From Candidatus Rokuibacteriota bacterium (GTDB taxonomy: Bacteria; Methylomirabilota; Methylomirabilia; Rokubacteriales; CSP1-6), in assembly GCA_003220195.1 (NCBI GenBank), contig QHRT01000087.1:1678-43500 (forward strand): DNA of 41,823 nucleotides, in the 5' to 3' direction. This document shows, piece after piece, positions 10,007 to 20,492 of the stretch. The position numbers were made by a program, and so were the translations under genes. Numbering within the stretch: position 1 is the stretch's first letter; each line of letters begins with the position of its first letter. The notes under the pieces are model-generated. The model saw only the letters and a program-made list of their open reading frames with translations. It did not search any database and was not told the DNA's origin.

Positions 10007-10999
10007 ATGCGACGACTGACGCTCGTGCTGCTGGGTGCGATGCTGCTGACCGGGCCGGCCTTCGCGAAGGATACGGTCGTGATCTACACGGCGCTCGAGC
10101 CCGAGCAGATCACGGACTACATGAAGGCCGTGAACAAGTCTCTGCCGAACCTCGACGTCAAGATGCTCCGGCTGTCGACGGGGGACATCTCCGCCCGGTT
10201 CATGGCCGAGAAGGACAACATGCAGGCCGACCTCGTGTGGGGCGTCGCGGCCACCAACATGCTCGTGTTCAAGAACGCCGGCCTGCTCGAACCCTACGCC
10301 CCGAAGGGACTCGACCGCGTGCAGCCGCTCTTCCGCGACAAGGCGAACCCGCCGGGCTGGGTCGGCATCGACATCTACATGTCCGCCTTCTGCTTCAACA
10401 CCGACGTCGCGAAGAAGAAAAATCTTCCGAAGCCGGAGTCGTGGGCCGATCTGACGAAGCCGGTCTACAAGGGCGAAGTCGTGATGCCGAATCCCGCCAG
10501 CTCGGGAACCGGGTATCTGTCGGTCGCGTCGATCCTGCAACGGATGAAAGAGCCGGAAGGATGGACGTACCTCGACGCGCTCGACAAGAACATGGCGGAG
10601 TACACGAAGTCCGGCTCGAAGCCGTGCAAGGACGCGGCCGCCGGCGAGCGGGCGATCGGCGTCTCGTTCGAGTACGTCGCGATGAAGATGAAGAAGGACG
10701 GCGCGCCGGTCGAGATGGTGCTGCCGAAGGAAGGCTCGGGCTACGAGATCGAGGCGAACGCGCTGACGCGCAAGGGCAAGTCGAATCCTGCGGCGAAGCA
10801 GTTCCTCGACTGGGCCATCACCGACGAAGCGATGGCGCTCTACTCGAAATACTTCGCCGCCGTGTCGGTGGCGGGATTCCCGGTGCCCGAGGGCCTGCCG
10901 AAGGACATCTCGAAGGTCGTGTACCCGAACGACTTCGACTGGTCGGCGAAGAATCGCGACCGGATCCTGGCCGAGTGGCAGAAACGGTACCAGAAGTAG
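10007..10999 (+). CDS. ABC transporter substrate-binding protein, putative 2-aminoethylphosphonate (PhnS2/AepS-like)
   Basis: Signal peptide. IYTALE, STGDISARFMAEK, MPNPASSGTGYL and SGSKPCK motifs. AAGGAG RBS. Confidence 0.8.
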   Translation: MRRLTLVLLGAMLLTGPAFAKDTVVIYTALEPEQITDYMKAVNKSLPNLDVKMLRLSTGDISARFMAEKDNMQADLVWGVAATNMLVFKNAGLLEPYAPKGLDRVQPLFRDKANPPGWVGIDIYMSAFCFNTDVAKKKNLPKPESWADLTKPVYKGEVVMPNPASSGTGYLSVASILQRMKEPEGWTYLDALDKNMAEYTKSGSKPCKDAAAGERAIGVSFEYVAMKMKKDGAPVEMVLPKEGSGYEIEANALTRKGKSNPAAKQFLDWAITDEAMALYSKYFAAVSVAGFPVPEGLPKDISKVVYPNDFDWSAKNRDRILAEWQKRYQK

Positions 11000-12084
11000 C
11001 GGGCGCCCGCCCGCCCGCGGTCGCGCTCGAGGGCGTCACCAAGACCTTCGGTCAGGTCGTCGCCCTGCGCGGAGTGTCCCTGACCGTCGCCGACGGCGAA
11101 TTCGTCTGCTTCCTCGGCCCCTCGGGCTGCGGCAAGACGACGCTGCTCCGCATCATCGCCGGGCTCGAGCGACAGAACGCCGGCGCCGTGCGCATGCTCG
11201 GCCGCGACGTGTCGTCCTTGCCGCCGAGCCAGCGCAACTACGGGATCGTGTTCCAGTCCTACGCGCTGTTTCCGAACCTGACCGCCGCGAGGAACGTCGC
11301 GTACGGCCTGGAGGCGCGCCGAGCGGCGCGGCGCGATGTGTCGCATCGCGTGGACGAGCTGCTCGAGCTGGTCGGGCTCCGTACGCATCGCGATCGTTAT
11401 CCGGCCCAGCTTTCGGGTGGCGAGCAGCAACGCGTGGCGCTGGCGCGGGCGCTGGCGCCGTCGCCGTCGTTGCTCTTGCTCGACGAGCCGCTCTCGGCGT
11501 TGGACGCGCGCGTGCGACACGGCCTCCGAACCGAGATCAAGCAGCTGCAGCGCCGGCTCGGCATCGCGACCATCATGGTGACGCACGACCAGGAAGAAGC
11601 GCTCACCATGGCGGACCGCATCGTCGTGATGAACCACGGCGTGGTGGAGCAGATCGGCGCGCCGGCCGAGATCTACACCGAGCCGACGTCGCTCTTCGTC
11701 GCCCGCTTCGTCGGGCAGATGAACGTCCTCGCCGCCACGACCGAGAGCCGGCCGGGCTGGGCGCGCGTCGGCGCGGTCGCGCTGCGCTGCCGCCCGACGA
11801 TCTCGAGAGCGGCGGGGATGCCGGTAACGCTCGGCATCCGACCGGAGGAGATCGAGATCGGCTCGGTCCGAAACGTCGAGAACCGCATCGTGGGCCGCGT
11901 GTCGAGCGTCCAGTTCCTCGGCGCCTTCACGCGCGTCGCGGTGACCGCGGCCGACGCGAGCCTGCCACTCTTGCAGTGCGATCTGTCGGTCAGCGCGTTC
12001 GCCGACGCCGGGATCAAGGAGGGCATGGAGCTGCCGCTCGCGCTTCCCCCGGACAGGGTGCGCGTGTTCGACCGACCGACCTGA
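10975..12084 (+). CDS. ABC transporter ATP-binding protein (PhnT2/FbpC-like)
   Basis: GPSGCGKTT, LSGGEQQR, LLLDEP, C-terminal TOBE-like region. Start (GTG 10975) uncertain. Confidence 0.88.
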   Translation: MAETVPEVAGARPPAVALEGVTKTFGQVVALRGVSLTVADGEFVCFLGPSGCGKTTLLRIIAGLERQNAGAVRMLGRDVSSLPPSQRNYGIVFQSYALFPNLTAARNVAYGLEARRAARRDVSHRVDELLELVGLRTHRDRYPAQLSGGEQQRVALARALAPSPSLLLLDEPLSALDARVRHGLRTEIKQLQRRLGIATIMVTHDQEEALTMADRIVVMNHGVVEQIGAPAEIYTEPTSLFVARFVGQMNVLAATTESRPGWARVGAVALRCRPTISRAAGMPVTLGIRPEEIEIGSVRNVENRIVGRVSSVQFLGAFTRVAVTAADASLPLLQCDLSVSAFADAGIKEGMELPLALPPDRVRVFDRPT

Positions 12085-13681
12085 TGCTCGCGGCCGCCGG
12101 CGCGACGATGCCGGACCGGACGGCCCGCCGTCGGCTGGACGTCGAGCGCGTCGTGCGCCTCGTCCTCATCGCGCTGTTCGGCGCGTTGCTCTACCTGTTC
12201 GTGCTCTATCCGATGCTGCAGGTGCTCTGGCGGAGCGTGCTCGACGGCGACGGGCGCTTCGTCGGGCTCGCGAACTACCTCCGGTACTTCCGCACGCCGG
12301 CGATCGCGGCGTCGATCACCAACAGTCTGTGGGTCTCGACGGTCGCGATGGTCCTCACCGTCCTGCTGGCCTTCATCTACGCGTACGGGCTCACGCGGAC
12401 GCGCATGCCGGGGCGGGGGTTCTTTCGTGTGGTGGCGATGCTGCCGCTCTTTGCGCCGTCGCTGGTGCAGGCCATTGCGCTCGTCTACGTCTTCGGAAAC
12501 AACGGCATCCTGACCCGCCAGACCGGCATCAACGTGGGCATTTACGGCGTCCGCGGCATCGTGCTCGCCGAGGTGTTCTCCTGCTTTCCCCACGCGCTCC
12601 TGATTCTGGTCGCGGCGCTCTCGGCCGCCGATGCGCGTCTCTACGACGCGGCGGCCGCGCTCGGCGCGTCGCGAACGAAGACGTTCTTGACGGTCACGCT
12701 GCCGGGGGTCAAGTACGGGCTGATGAGCGCCTGCTTCGTCGTCTTCACGCTGGTCATCACGGACTTCGGCGCGCCGAAGGTGATCGGCGGCAAGTACTCG
12801 GTGATGGCGACGGAAATCTACAACCAGGTGATCGGGCAGCAGAACTTCACGATGGGCGCGACGGTGTCGGTCGTCCTGCTCGTGCCGGCCGTCGTCGCAT
12901 TCCTGGTCGACTGGATCGTCCAGCGCCGCCAGTACGCGCTCGTCAGCGCCTCGGCGAGACCGCTCCGGCCGGGCGATGGGGCCCTCGGCCGCCGGCTCTC
13001 GCTGGGTTACTGCGCGGTCGTCGCCGCCTTCATCGTCGGCATCGACCTGGTCATCCTCACAGCCTGGAGGTCGCCGCGCTCACTGCCGTCGCCGGGACGA
13101 TCATCGCGTTCACGGGCGCGTATCTCGTCGAGAAGACCCGGACCGCGGCCAGTGCGCCGCTCTACGTGCTCTCGGTCGTGCCCGTCGCCATTCCCGGCAT
13201 GGTGCTCGGGCTCGCGTACATCTTCACGTTCAACGCGCCCGGCAGCGTGCTGAACCGGCTCTACGCCACGCTCGCGATCCTGGTCATCTCGAACCTGGTG
13301 CACTACTTCACGGTGCCCTTTCTCACCGCCACGACGTCGCTGAAGCAGATGGACGCCGAGTTCGAGAGCGTCGCGGCGTCGATGGGCGTGCCGTTCTGGA
13401 AGACGTTCTGGCGCGTCACCGTCCCGATCGCGTTGCCGTCGATCGTCGGGATCAGCATGTACTTCTTCCTGAACGCGATGGTGACGCTGTCGGCCGTCGT
13501 CTTCCTGGTGGCGCCCGGGACCGAGCTGGCCGCCGTCGCGGTGCTCCTGATGGACGACTCGGGCGACACGGCGCAGGCGGCAGCGATGTCCGTGCTCATC
13601 GTGGCGGTCGGCCTGCTCGTCCGTCTCGTCTACTGGCTCGTGCTCCGGGGCATCACCCGGCGCACGCAGGCCTGGCGTTAG
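12084..13681 (+). pseudogene. Double-domain ABC permease (PhnU2/FbpB-like), frameshifted near 13060
   Basis: First half is in ORF 11976-13253 (LYDAAAALGAS), second half in ORF 12329-13681 (FESVAASMG). The frame switches at gtcatcctcac|agcctggag. Confidence 0.8.
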
Positions 13682-13696
13682 AGAGGTGTTGACGTG

Positions 13697-14815
13697 ATGA
13701 GGATCGAAACGCTCGCCGTCCACGCCGGACGCCGTGTGGATCCCGCGACCGGCGCCGTGGGAACCCCGATCCATCTGTCGACGACGTTCGAGCGCGACCC
13801 GGACGGCACGTTTCCCCGTGGCCATCTCTACGCGCGGAACAGCAACCCGACGCGCGCCGCGCTCGAAGAATGCCTGCGGGATCTGGAAGGCGGCGCCGCG
13901 GCGGCGGCGTTCGGCTCCGGTTCGGCGGCGACCGCGGCGATCTTCCAGACGCTCCTGCCCGGAGCCCACGTCATCGCGCCGGCGGACGCCTATCACGGCA
14001 CGCAACGGCTCTTGCGCGACACGTTCATCCCGTGGGGCCTCGCGGCGACGTTCGTGGACATGACCGATCTCGCGGCGGTCAAAGCGGCCCTGCGCCCGAC
14101 CACGAGGCTCGTGTGGGTCGAGACACCGTCGAACCCGCTGTGGAAGATCAGCGACGTCCGGGCCGTCGCCGCGCTCGCGCGAGCGGCCGGCGCGCGGTGC
14201 GTCGTGGACAACACGACGGCGACGCCCGTGCTCCAGCGCCCGTTCGCCCTCGGCGCCGACCTGATCGTGCATGCGACCACGAAGTACCTGGGCGGCCACG
14301 GCGACGTGATGGGCGGCGCGGTCGTCGCAAGGGTCGAGGACGAGGTCTTCGCGGGCATCCGTCGTGTCCAGGCCGCCGCCGGCGCGGTGCCGTCGCCGTT
14401 CGATTGCTGGCTGGTGCTGCGCGGGATCGAGACGCTGCCGTGGCGCATGCGCGCGCACAGCGACTCGGCGATGCGCATCGCCGACTTCCTGGTGCGGCAT
14501 CCGCGGGTCGAGCCGGTCCATTACCCGGGGCTGACGACGCACGCGGGTCACGTTCTCGCGCAACACCAGATGTCGGCGTTCGGCGGGATGCTCTCGTTCC
14601 AGGTTCAGGGCGATCGCGACGCGGCGATGGATGTCGCCGCCCGGCTCCGCATCATCACGCGCGCCACCAGCTTCGGCGGGAACGAGAGCCTGATCGAGCA
14701 CCGGGCGTCGATCGAGGGGCCGGACACCCGGACGCCCGACAATCTGTTGCGACTGTCGGTGGGGCTGGAGCATCCCGACGACCTGATCGAGGACCTCGCG
14801 CAGGCGCTCGACTGA
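13697..14815 (+). CDS. Cys/Met metabolism PLP enzyme (cystathionine gamma-synthase/lyase family)
   Basis: YARNSNPT, ETPSNP, VDNT, HATTKYLGGHGD (PLP lysine), RLSVGLE. Confidence 0.9.
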   Translation: MRIETLAVHAGRRVDPATGAVGTPIHLSTTFERDPDGTFPRGHLYARNSNPTRAALEECLRDLEGGAAAAAFGSGSAATAAIFQTLLPGAHVIAPADAYHGTQRLLRDTFIPWGLAATFVDMTDLAAVKAALRPTTRLVWVETPSNPLWKISDVRAVAALARAAGARCVVDNTTATPVLQRPFALGADLIVHATTKYLGGHGDVMGGAVVARVEDEVFAGIRRVQAAAGAVPSPFDCWLVLRGIETLPWRMRAHSDSAMRIADFLVRHPRVEPVHYPGLTTHAGHVLAQHQMSAFGGMLSFQVQGDRDAAMDVAARLRIITRATSFGGNESLIEHRASIEGPDTRTPDNLLRLSVGLEHPDDLIEDLAQALD

Positions 14816-14946
14816 GCAGACTCCGGCTGACGGTGGAATGCCGTCATGAATCCGGAGCTCGTGCCATGCTGCGCCATCCGCTGGCCGTCATCTTCGTTCC
14901 CCGTTCAAAAATCCTTGAAAAGACGGTGTCCGTGAGAGAGCGCGGC

Positions 14947-14963
14947 TTGGCATGCGTTCTGCT
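14947..14963 (+). promoter_or_regulatory. Sigma54 (-24/-12) promoter upstream of the hybrid kinase
   Basis: TTGGCATGCGTTCTGCT = GG-N10-GC, about 50 bp before ATG 15012. Confidence 0.65.
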
Positions 14964-15011
14964 CTCCGAGCCACGATGCGATGCCAACCAGCGCGTCCTG
15001 AAGGTATCGAG

Positions 15012-18000
15012 ATGAGCATGACCGGCCTCCGCGTGGCCCTCGACTCGCTCACGAACCGGGCGGTGACCTGGCTCCCCGGCGGCCGGTGGTTGCCCGACGA
15101 GATCTTCCGGCGCCGGCATCGCGGCATTCTCGTGTTGCTCTGGCTTCACGCCATCGCGATCTTCGCCGCCTCATTGCTGATGGGCTTCGGCTTCGCGCAC
15201 AGCCTCTTCGAGGGGGGCGTGGTCGGCGCGGCCGCGCTCACCGCCGGACTCGTCGCCGGTCATCGCCGGATCGCCGCCGTCACGGCGTGCCTCGGTCTCG
15301 TCACCGCATCGGCCGTGCTCGTCCATCTCTCCGGCGGCTACATCGAGTTCCACTTCCACTTCTTCGTGATGGTGGGACTGATCGCGCTCTATCAGGACTG
15401 GATCCCGTTCCTCCTGGCCATCGTGTACGTCGCCGTGCATCACGGCGTGGTCGGCGTGCTCGACCCGCGCGGCGTGTACAACCATCCCGCCGCGTGGGCG
15501 AACCCGTGGAGCTGGGCCGCGATCCACGCCGCGTTCCTCTCCGCGCTGAGCGTGGTCAGCGTGATCGTCTGGCGCTTGAGCGAATCCGCGCAGGCCCGTG
15601 CCCAGCTGGCCCGCGAAGTCGCCATCACCGTCAACGAGGCGCCGACGCTGGACGACGCCATCGCGACGTGTCTCGACCTGATCTGCGCGTACACACGGTG
15701 GCCGGTGGGCCATGCGTACCGCCTGGCGACCACCCCGGACCGGCAGCTCGTGTCGGCGAGGATCTGGCAATTCGACCGTCCCGAGTCCTTCGAAGCGTTT
15801 CGGGCGGCCAGCGAGGCCGCACCGTTGCCGGCCGGCGTGGGATTAGCGGGTCGCGTGCTCGCGACCGGCAAGCCGGAGTGGATCGTGGACATCACGCGCG
15901 ATCCGAGCTTCCCGCTCGCGGCGGCCGCGCGCGGCGCCGGGCTCCGCGCGTCGTTCGGCGTGCCCGTCGTGTCGAGGAGCGAGGTGGTCGCCGTGCTCGA
16001 GTTGCGCGGCGGAGCGCGCCCGCGCGACGGCCGAGCTCGAGGGCGCGCGCGAGGCGGCCGAGGAAGCCAGCCAGGCGAAGTCCGAATTCCTGGCGACCAT
16101 GAGCCACGAGATCCGGACCCCGATGAACGGCGTGATCGGCATGACGGCGCTCTTGCTCGACAGCGAGCTCACGCCAGAGCAACGCGAGTACGCCGAGACG
16201 ATCCGCCACTCCGGCGACGCCCTGCTCGCGATCATCAACGACATTCTCGACTTCTCGAAGGTCGAGGCCGGCCTCCTCGAGATCGAGCCGTTGCCGTTCG
16301 GGTTGCGCGACACGGTCGCCGAAGCGATGAAGATCCTGGCGCCGCTCGCCCATCGCAAGGGCCTCGAGCTGGCGTACGACGTCGATGCCGCCGTTCCCGA
16401 CGCCGTGATCGGGGACCCCGGACGTTTCGGGCAGGTGATCCTGAACCTGGTCGGCAACGCCATCAAGTTCACGGGGCATGGCGAGGTGATCGCGTCCGTG
16501 GACGTGCTCGGAGAAACGGCGGCCGGCGTCACCGTGCACGTCTCCGTCGCCGACACGGGGATCGGGATCACCGACGAGAAGCTCGCGCACGTCTTCGAGC
16601 CATTCACCCAGGCCGACAGCTCCACGGCGCGACGGTACGGCGGGACGGGCCTCGGTCTTGCGATCTGTCGCCAGCTCGCCGAGCTGATGGGGGGACGCAT
16701 CTGGGTGGAGAGCACGGTGGGCCTGGGCAGCACCTTCCATTTCACGGCGCAGCTCGAGCGTTCGCGACAACCGGTGGCCACACCTGCGGGCGCCTGGCAT
16801 GGCTCGCTCGGCCAGCTGCGCGTGCTGGCCGTGGACGACCATGCGACGAACCGCCGGCTCCTGCGGACGCTCCTCAGCACGTGGGGCGCCGAGACGAGAG
16901 TCGTCGACGGCGGCCACGCCGCGGTCGCCGCGCTCGAGTCGGCGCGCGTCGCCGGCCGCGCCTTCCAGCTCGCGATTCTCGACGGCCACATGCCGGACGT
17001 CGACGGGTTCGCGGTGGCGGAGCGGATCCATCGGGATCCCGGGCTCGCCGCGGTCACGGTGATGATGCTGAATTCCGACCGTCAGGCCGGTGACGTCGCG
17101 CGCTGTCGCACGCTCGGCATCAAGCGCATCCTGACGAAGCCGGTGACGCCGTCGGAGCTCCTCGACGCGATCCTGTTCGCGCTCGGCGCCTCCCGGGGGA
17201 CGCCCATCCATTCCTCCGCGAGAAGCGCCGGCGCCGCGGGCGGGCGCCGCGTCCTGGTGGCCGAGGACAACACGGTGAACCAGACGCTCGCCGCGCGGTT
17301 GCTGGAAAAGCTCGGCTATCGCGCCGTGGTGGTGGGGAACGGACTGGAGGCGGTGGCCGCGGCGGAGCAGAGCCCGTTCGATCTCGTCCTGATGGACGTG
17401 CAGATGCCGGACATGGACGGTCTGGCGGCCACCGCACGGATCCGCGAGGGCGAAACTCGGCGCGGCGGGGCGCGCGTCCCGATCGTTGCGCTGACGGCCC
17501 ACGCCATGCGCGGCGATCGCGAGAGATGCCTGGCGGCGGGGATGGACGACTATCTCTCCAAGCCCGTGAAGCAGACGGATCTCGCGCGAGTCCTGGATCG
17601 GCTGTTCGTCAGAGCGGCCGGCGCCGAGATCGTCGCGGAGCAGACGACCCGCAGGCCGGCGGCGGATCTCGCGTCCGCGCTCCAGGCGCTGGATGGCGAC
17701 GAGGAGCTGTTGCGCGAGCTGCTCACGGTCTTCACGAGCGAATGGCCGGAGCGGCTCGGCGTGGTGCGCCGAGCGGCCGCTCGCCGGAACGGCACCGAGC
17801 TCGTTCCCGCAGCGCACGCTCTGAAAGGCGCTCTGCGAGTCGTCGGAGCCACGGCCGGCGCGGCGCTGACGGAACGTCTCGAGATGCTGGGACGCGAGAG
17901 CCGACTGCACGACGCGGCCGAGGTGCTCGCCGCGCTCGAACGAGAGGCCGAAGGCCTCCTGGCCGACATCGCCGACTGGCTCCGGTGGAACGCCGCGGCG

Positions 18001-18033
18001 AAAGAGCGGAGCCGCGTCGCCGCCGAGCTCTGA
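15012..18033 (+). pseudogene. Hybrid sensor kinase (TM-GAF-HisKA-HATPase-REC-REC-HPt), frameshifted near 16003
   Basis: A membrane domain (EFHFHFFV) and GAF end at VVAVLE. The other frame gives [26 protein letters not shown], two receiver domains and AHALKG (HPt). Confidence 0.85.
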
Positions 18034-18115
18034 CACGCGCCCGTCGCGACATCGTCGGCGGACCGGCGCGGCCAGACGGAAGGGTTCGCGTGCGCTGTGA
18101 TATCGTAGACGCGCG

Positions 18116-18346
18116 ATGGCTCGGGAACGCCACGTCGATCAGCTCATGAAGAAGCTCGTCCAGGCGATCGAGGCCTCGCTCACCGCGACCGAGGCCGCGC
18201 GCGAGGCGCTCCAGGAGATCCTGAAGCGCGGCGCCGACACCGGCATTTTTTTCGCCGGGGTGAAGCCGCGCGGGGCGTTCTCGCCCGAGCTCACGTCCCA
18301 GGACAAGGAGTTCCTGAGAGCGCTCTCGATCAAGCCCGATCGGTAG
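18116..18346 (+). CDS. Small hypothetical protein
   Basis: Codon pattern typical of the window's real genes, a -10-like box just upstream, LTSQDKEFLRALSI tail. Confidence 0.65.
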   Translation: MARERHVDQLMKKLVQAIEASLTATEAAREALQEILKRGADTGIFFAGVKPRGAFSPELTSQDKEFLRALSIKPDR

Positions 18347-18351
18347 GTCCC

Positions 18352-18594
18352 GTGCGCGCCCTGCAGGTCGTCGTGCTCGCGGTCTTCGTCGCCCTGATCG
18401 TGTTGTCGCTCGTGAAACGACGGCGCGTGCCCGCGCCTCCGCGTCCGATGATTCCCGACGAGCTCGTGAAGGACCCGGTGTGCCAGACGTACGTCGTACG
18501 GTCGCGCGCGGTCACCGGCGCCTCCGCGAGCGGTCCGCCGTTCTTCTGCAGCGTCGAATGCGCGCAGCGGTACGCCGCCGGCTCCCGCAGCTGA
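18352..18594 (+). CDS. Membrane-anchored YHS/TRASH-domain protein
   Basis: N-terminal TM helix. ELVKDPVCQTYV...FFCSVEC. Confidence 0.8.
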   Translation: MRALQVVVLAVFVALIVLSLVKRRRVPAPPRPMIPDELVKDPVCQTYVVRSRAVTGASASGPPFFCSVECAQRYAAGSRS

Positions 18595-18611
18595 CCGCGC
18601 GCGCCGGCGGC

Positions 18612-19565
18612 GTGGGGCCAGCGGCGTCTTCCCATCCCGACCCCTACCGGAACGTCGACGCGCAGCCGGACGTCGCGCGGATGATCCAGTCACTCGAGGA
18701 GCGCGGACGCACGCGCGCGCAGGCGAGGCTCCGGCGACGCTTTCTCCGGTTCGCGGGAATCCCGAAGGCCGGCCGCGTGCTCGAGGTCGGCTGCGGCACC
18801 GGCGTCGTGCTCCGCGACCTGACGACGCTCGTGGGCCCGCGCGGTCGGGTCGTCGGCGTCGATCGGAGTCGCCGCGTCATCGCCGCGGCGCGGGAGCTGT
18901 GCCGCGCGCATCCGACGATCACCCTCCGTGTCGGCGACGCCGCCCGCCTGCCGTTCCAGTCGGCACGGTTCGATGCGGCGATCGCCGTCACCGTCGTGCT
19001 CCACGTCGCCGATCCGCTGGCGATGGTGAACGAGATGGTGCGCGTGACGCGCCGGGGCGGGGTGATCGGCCTTCAGGACCAGGACTTCGGCACCCTGGCC
19101 GTGACGCACCCCGATCGCGAGCTGACCGATCGCATCCTCCGTGGCGTCGCCGCCCACGTCTACGAGGAACCGCACAGCGGACGGCGGCTGCCTGGGCTGC
19201 TGCGTGCCGCCGGGCTCGCCCACGTGAGACTCTTGACCGACGTCTACCAGGACACTGGGCTCGAGCCCTACACGAAGACGTTCCTGCAGCGTCGCGCCGA
19301 GAACGCCGTGCGCTTCGGCATCGTCGATGCCGCGACGGCCGAGCGCTGGCTCGACGGCTTCACGAAGCTCGTCGCCGACGGCGCGTTCGTGATGACGATC
19401 AACTATTACGGCGCCGTCGGTGTTCGCGGCGGCGGCGCGTCGATCGCGCCGACGACCGGCCGCAGGAGAGCGGCCGCTTTCATGCGCGCGCGCCGGTCGG
19501 GTCGGACCGAGCGGAGCGCGAACGGCGCGCGCCGCACCGGGCCCTGGCAGCGGAGAGCTCGCTGA
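18612..19565 (+). CDS. Class I SAM-dependent methyltransferase
   Basis: VLEVGCGTG, GDAARLPF, VTRRGG. Start and the Arg-rich C-terminal tail are uncertain. Confidence 0.82.
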   Translation: MGPAASSHPDPYRNVDAQPDVARMIQSLEERGRTRAQARLRRRFLRFAGIPKAGRVLEVGCGTGVVLRDLTTLVGPRGRVVGVDRSRRVIAAARELCRAHPTITLRVGDAARLPFQSARFDAAIAVTVVLHVADPLAMVNEMVRVTRRGGVIGLQDQDFGTLAVTHPDRELTDRILRGVAAHVYEEPHSGRRLPGLLRAAGLAHVRLLTDVYQDTGLEPYTKTFLQRRAENAVRFGIVDAATAERWLDGFTKLVADGAFVMTINYYGAVGVRGGGASIAPTTGRRRAAAFMRARRSGRTERSANGARRTGPWQRRAR

Positions 19566-20492
19566 TCGCCCGGGCGCCGGCGGTTCGACTTCTCCTCACG
19601 CTGATCGTCCTCGTCGCCACGGTCGGCGGACCCGCCATCGCCGCGCAGCGCTCCGCGGCAGGGACCTGGCGTCCTCGCGTTGCGCCACATCGAGCGGCTC
19701 GTGGCTTTCGGGCCGCGGCCGGCTGGATCGCCGGCCGCCGAGCGCGCGCGCCAGTACATCGCGGCGGAGCTGAAACGGGCGTCCGCCGAGGTGCGCGTCC
19801 AGTCGTTCGAGGCCGACACGCCGCACGGACGGCTGCGGATGGCGAACGTCACCGGCGTGCTCAAGGGCCGCCGGCCCGACGTGATCATGATCGGCGGCCA
19901 CTACGACACGAAGTTCTTCCGGGACTTCGTGTTCGTCGGCGCCAACGACGGCGGCTCGTCGACGGCGCTCCTGCTCGAGCTGGCGCGCGTGCTGGGCGCC
20001 CGGCCGCGCGAGTACACGTACTGGCTCGCGTTCTTCGACGGCGAAGAGGCGCGCGAGCGGTGGTCCGCCACGGACAGCCTCTACGGGTCGCGCCGGATGG
20101 CCGCCGAGCTTCAACGGACGAAAAACCTGCCGCGCGCGATGATCCTCGTCGACATGATCGGCGATCGACACCTCGGCATCCTCCGCGAGGGAGTGTCGAC
20201 GCCGTGGCTCACCGATCTCGTGTGGACCGCGGCGCGGCGGCTCGGCCACCAGTCTCACTTCCTCGCCGAGACGCAGCTGGTCGAAGACGACCACGTGCCG
20301 TTCCTGCGCGCGGGCGTGCCCGCGACGCTGCTGATCGATTTCGACTATCCTCCCTGGCACACTGCGGGGGACACCCTCGACAAGGTTTCCGCCGACAGCC
20401 TGCGCGTCGTCGGCGAAGTCCTGCTGGACGCTTTGCCGTCGATCGAGGAGACCCTCACCCGTGAAGGAGGTGCCGATGCCCCGCGTCACTGA
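19562..20492 (+). CDS. M28 peptidase/glutaminyl cyclase-like protein; signal peptide lies in another frame (break near 19660)
   Basis: GGHYDTK, GANDGGSS, FDGEE, DMIGD, EDDHVPF, WHTAGDT in 19680-20492. The hydrophobic leader VRLLLTLIVLVATVGG is in a different frame. Confidence 0.8.

Noticed and set aside
9547-10974. Long N-terminal extension on the ABC ATPase (845-aa ORF)
   Set aside because: Off-frame read through the SDR and SBP genes, Arg/Gly-rich, typical of high-GC DNA.
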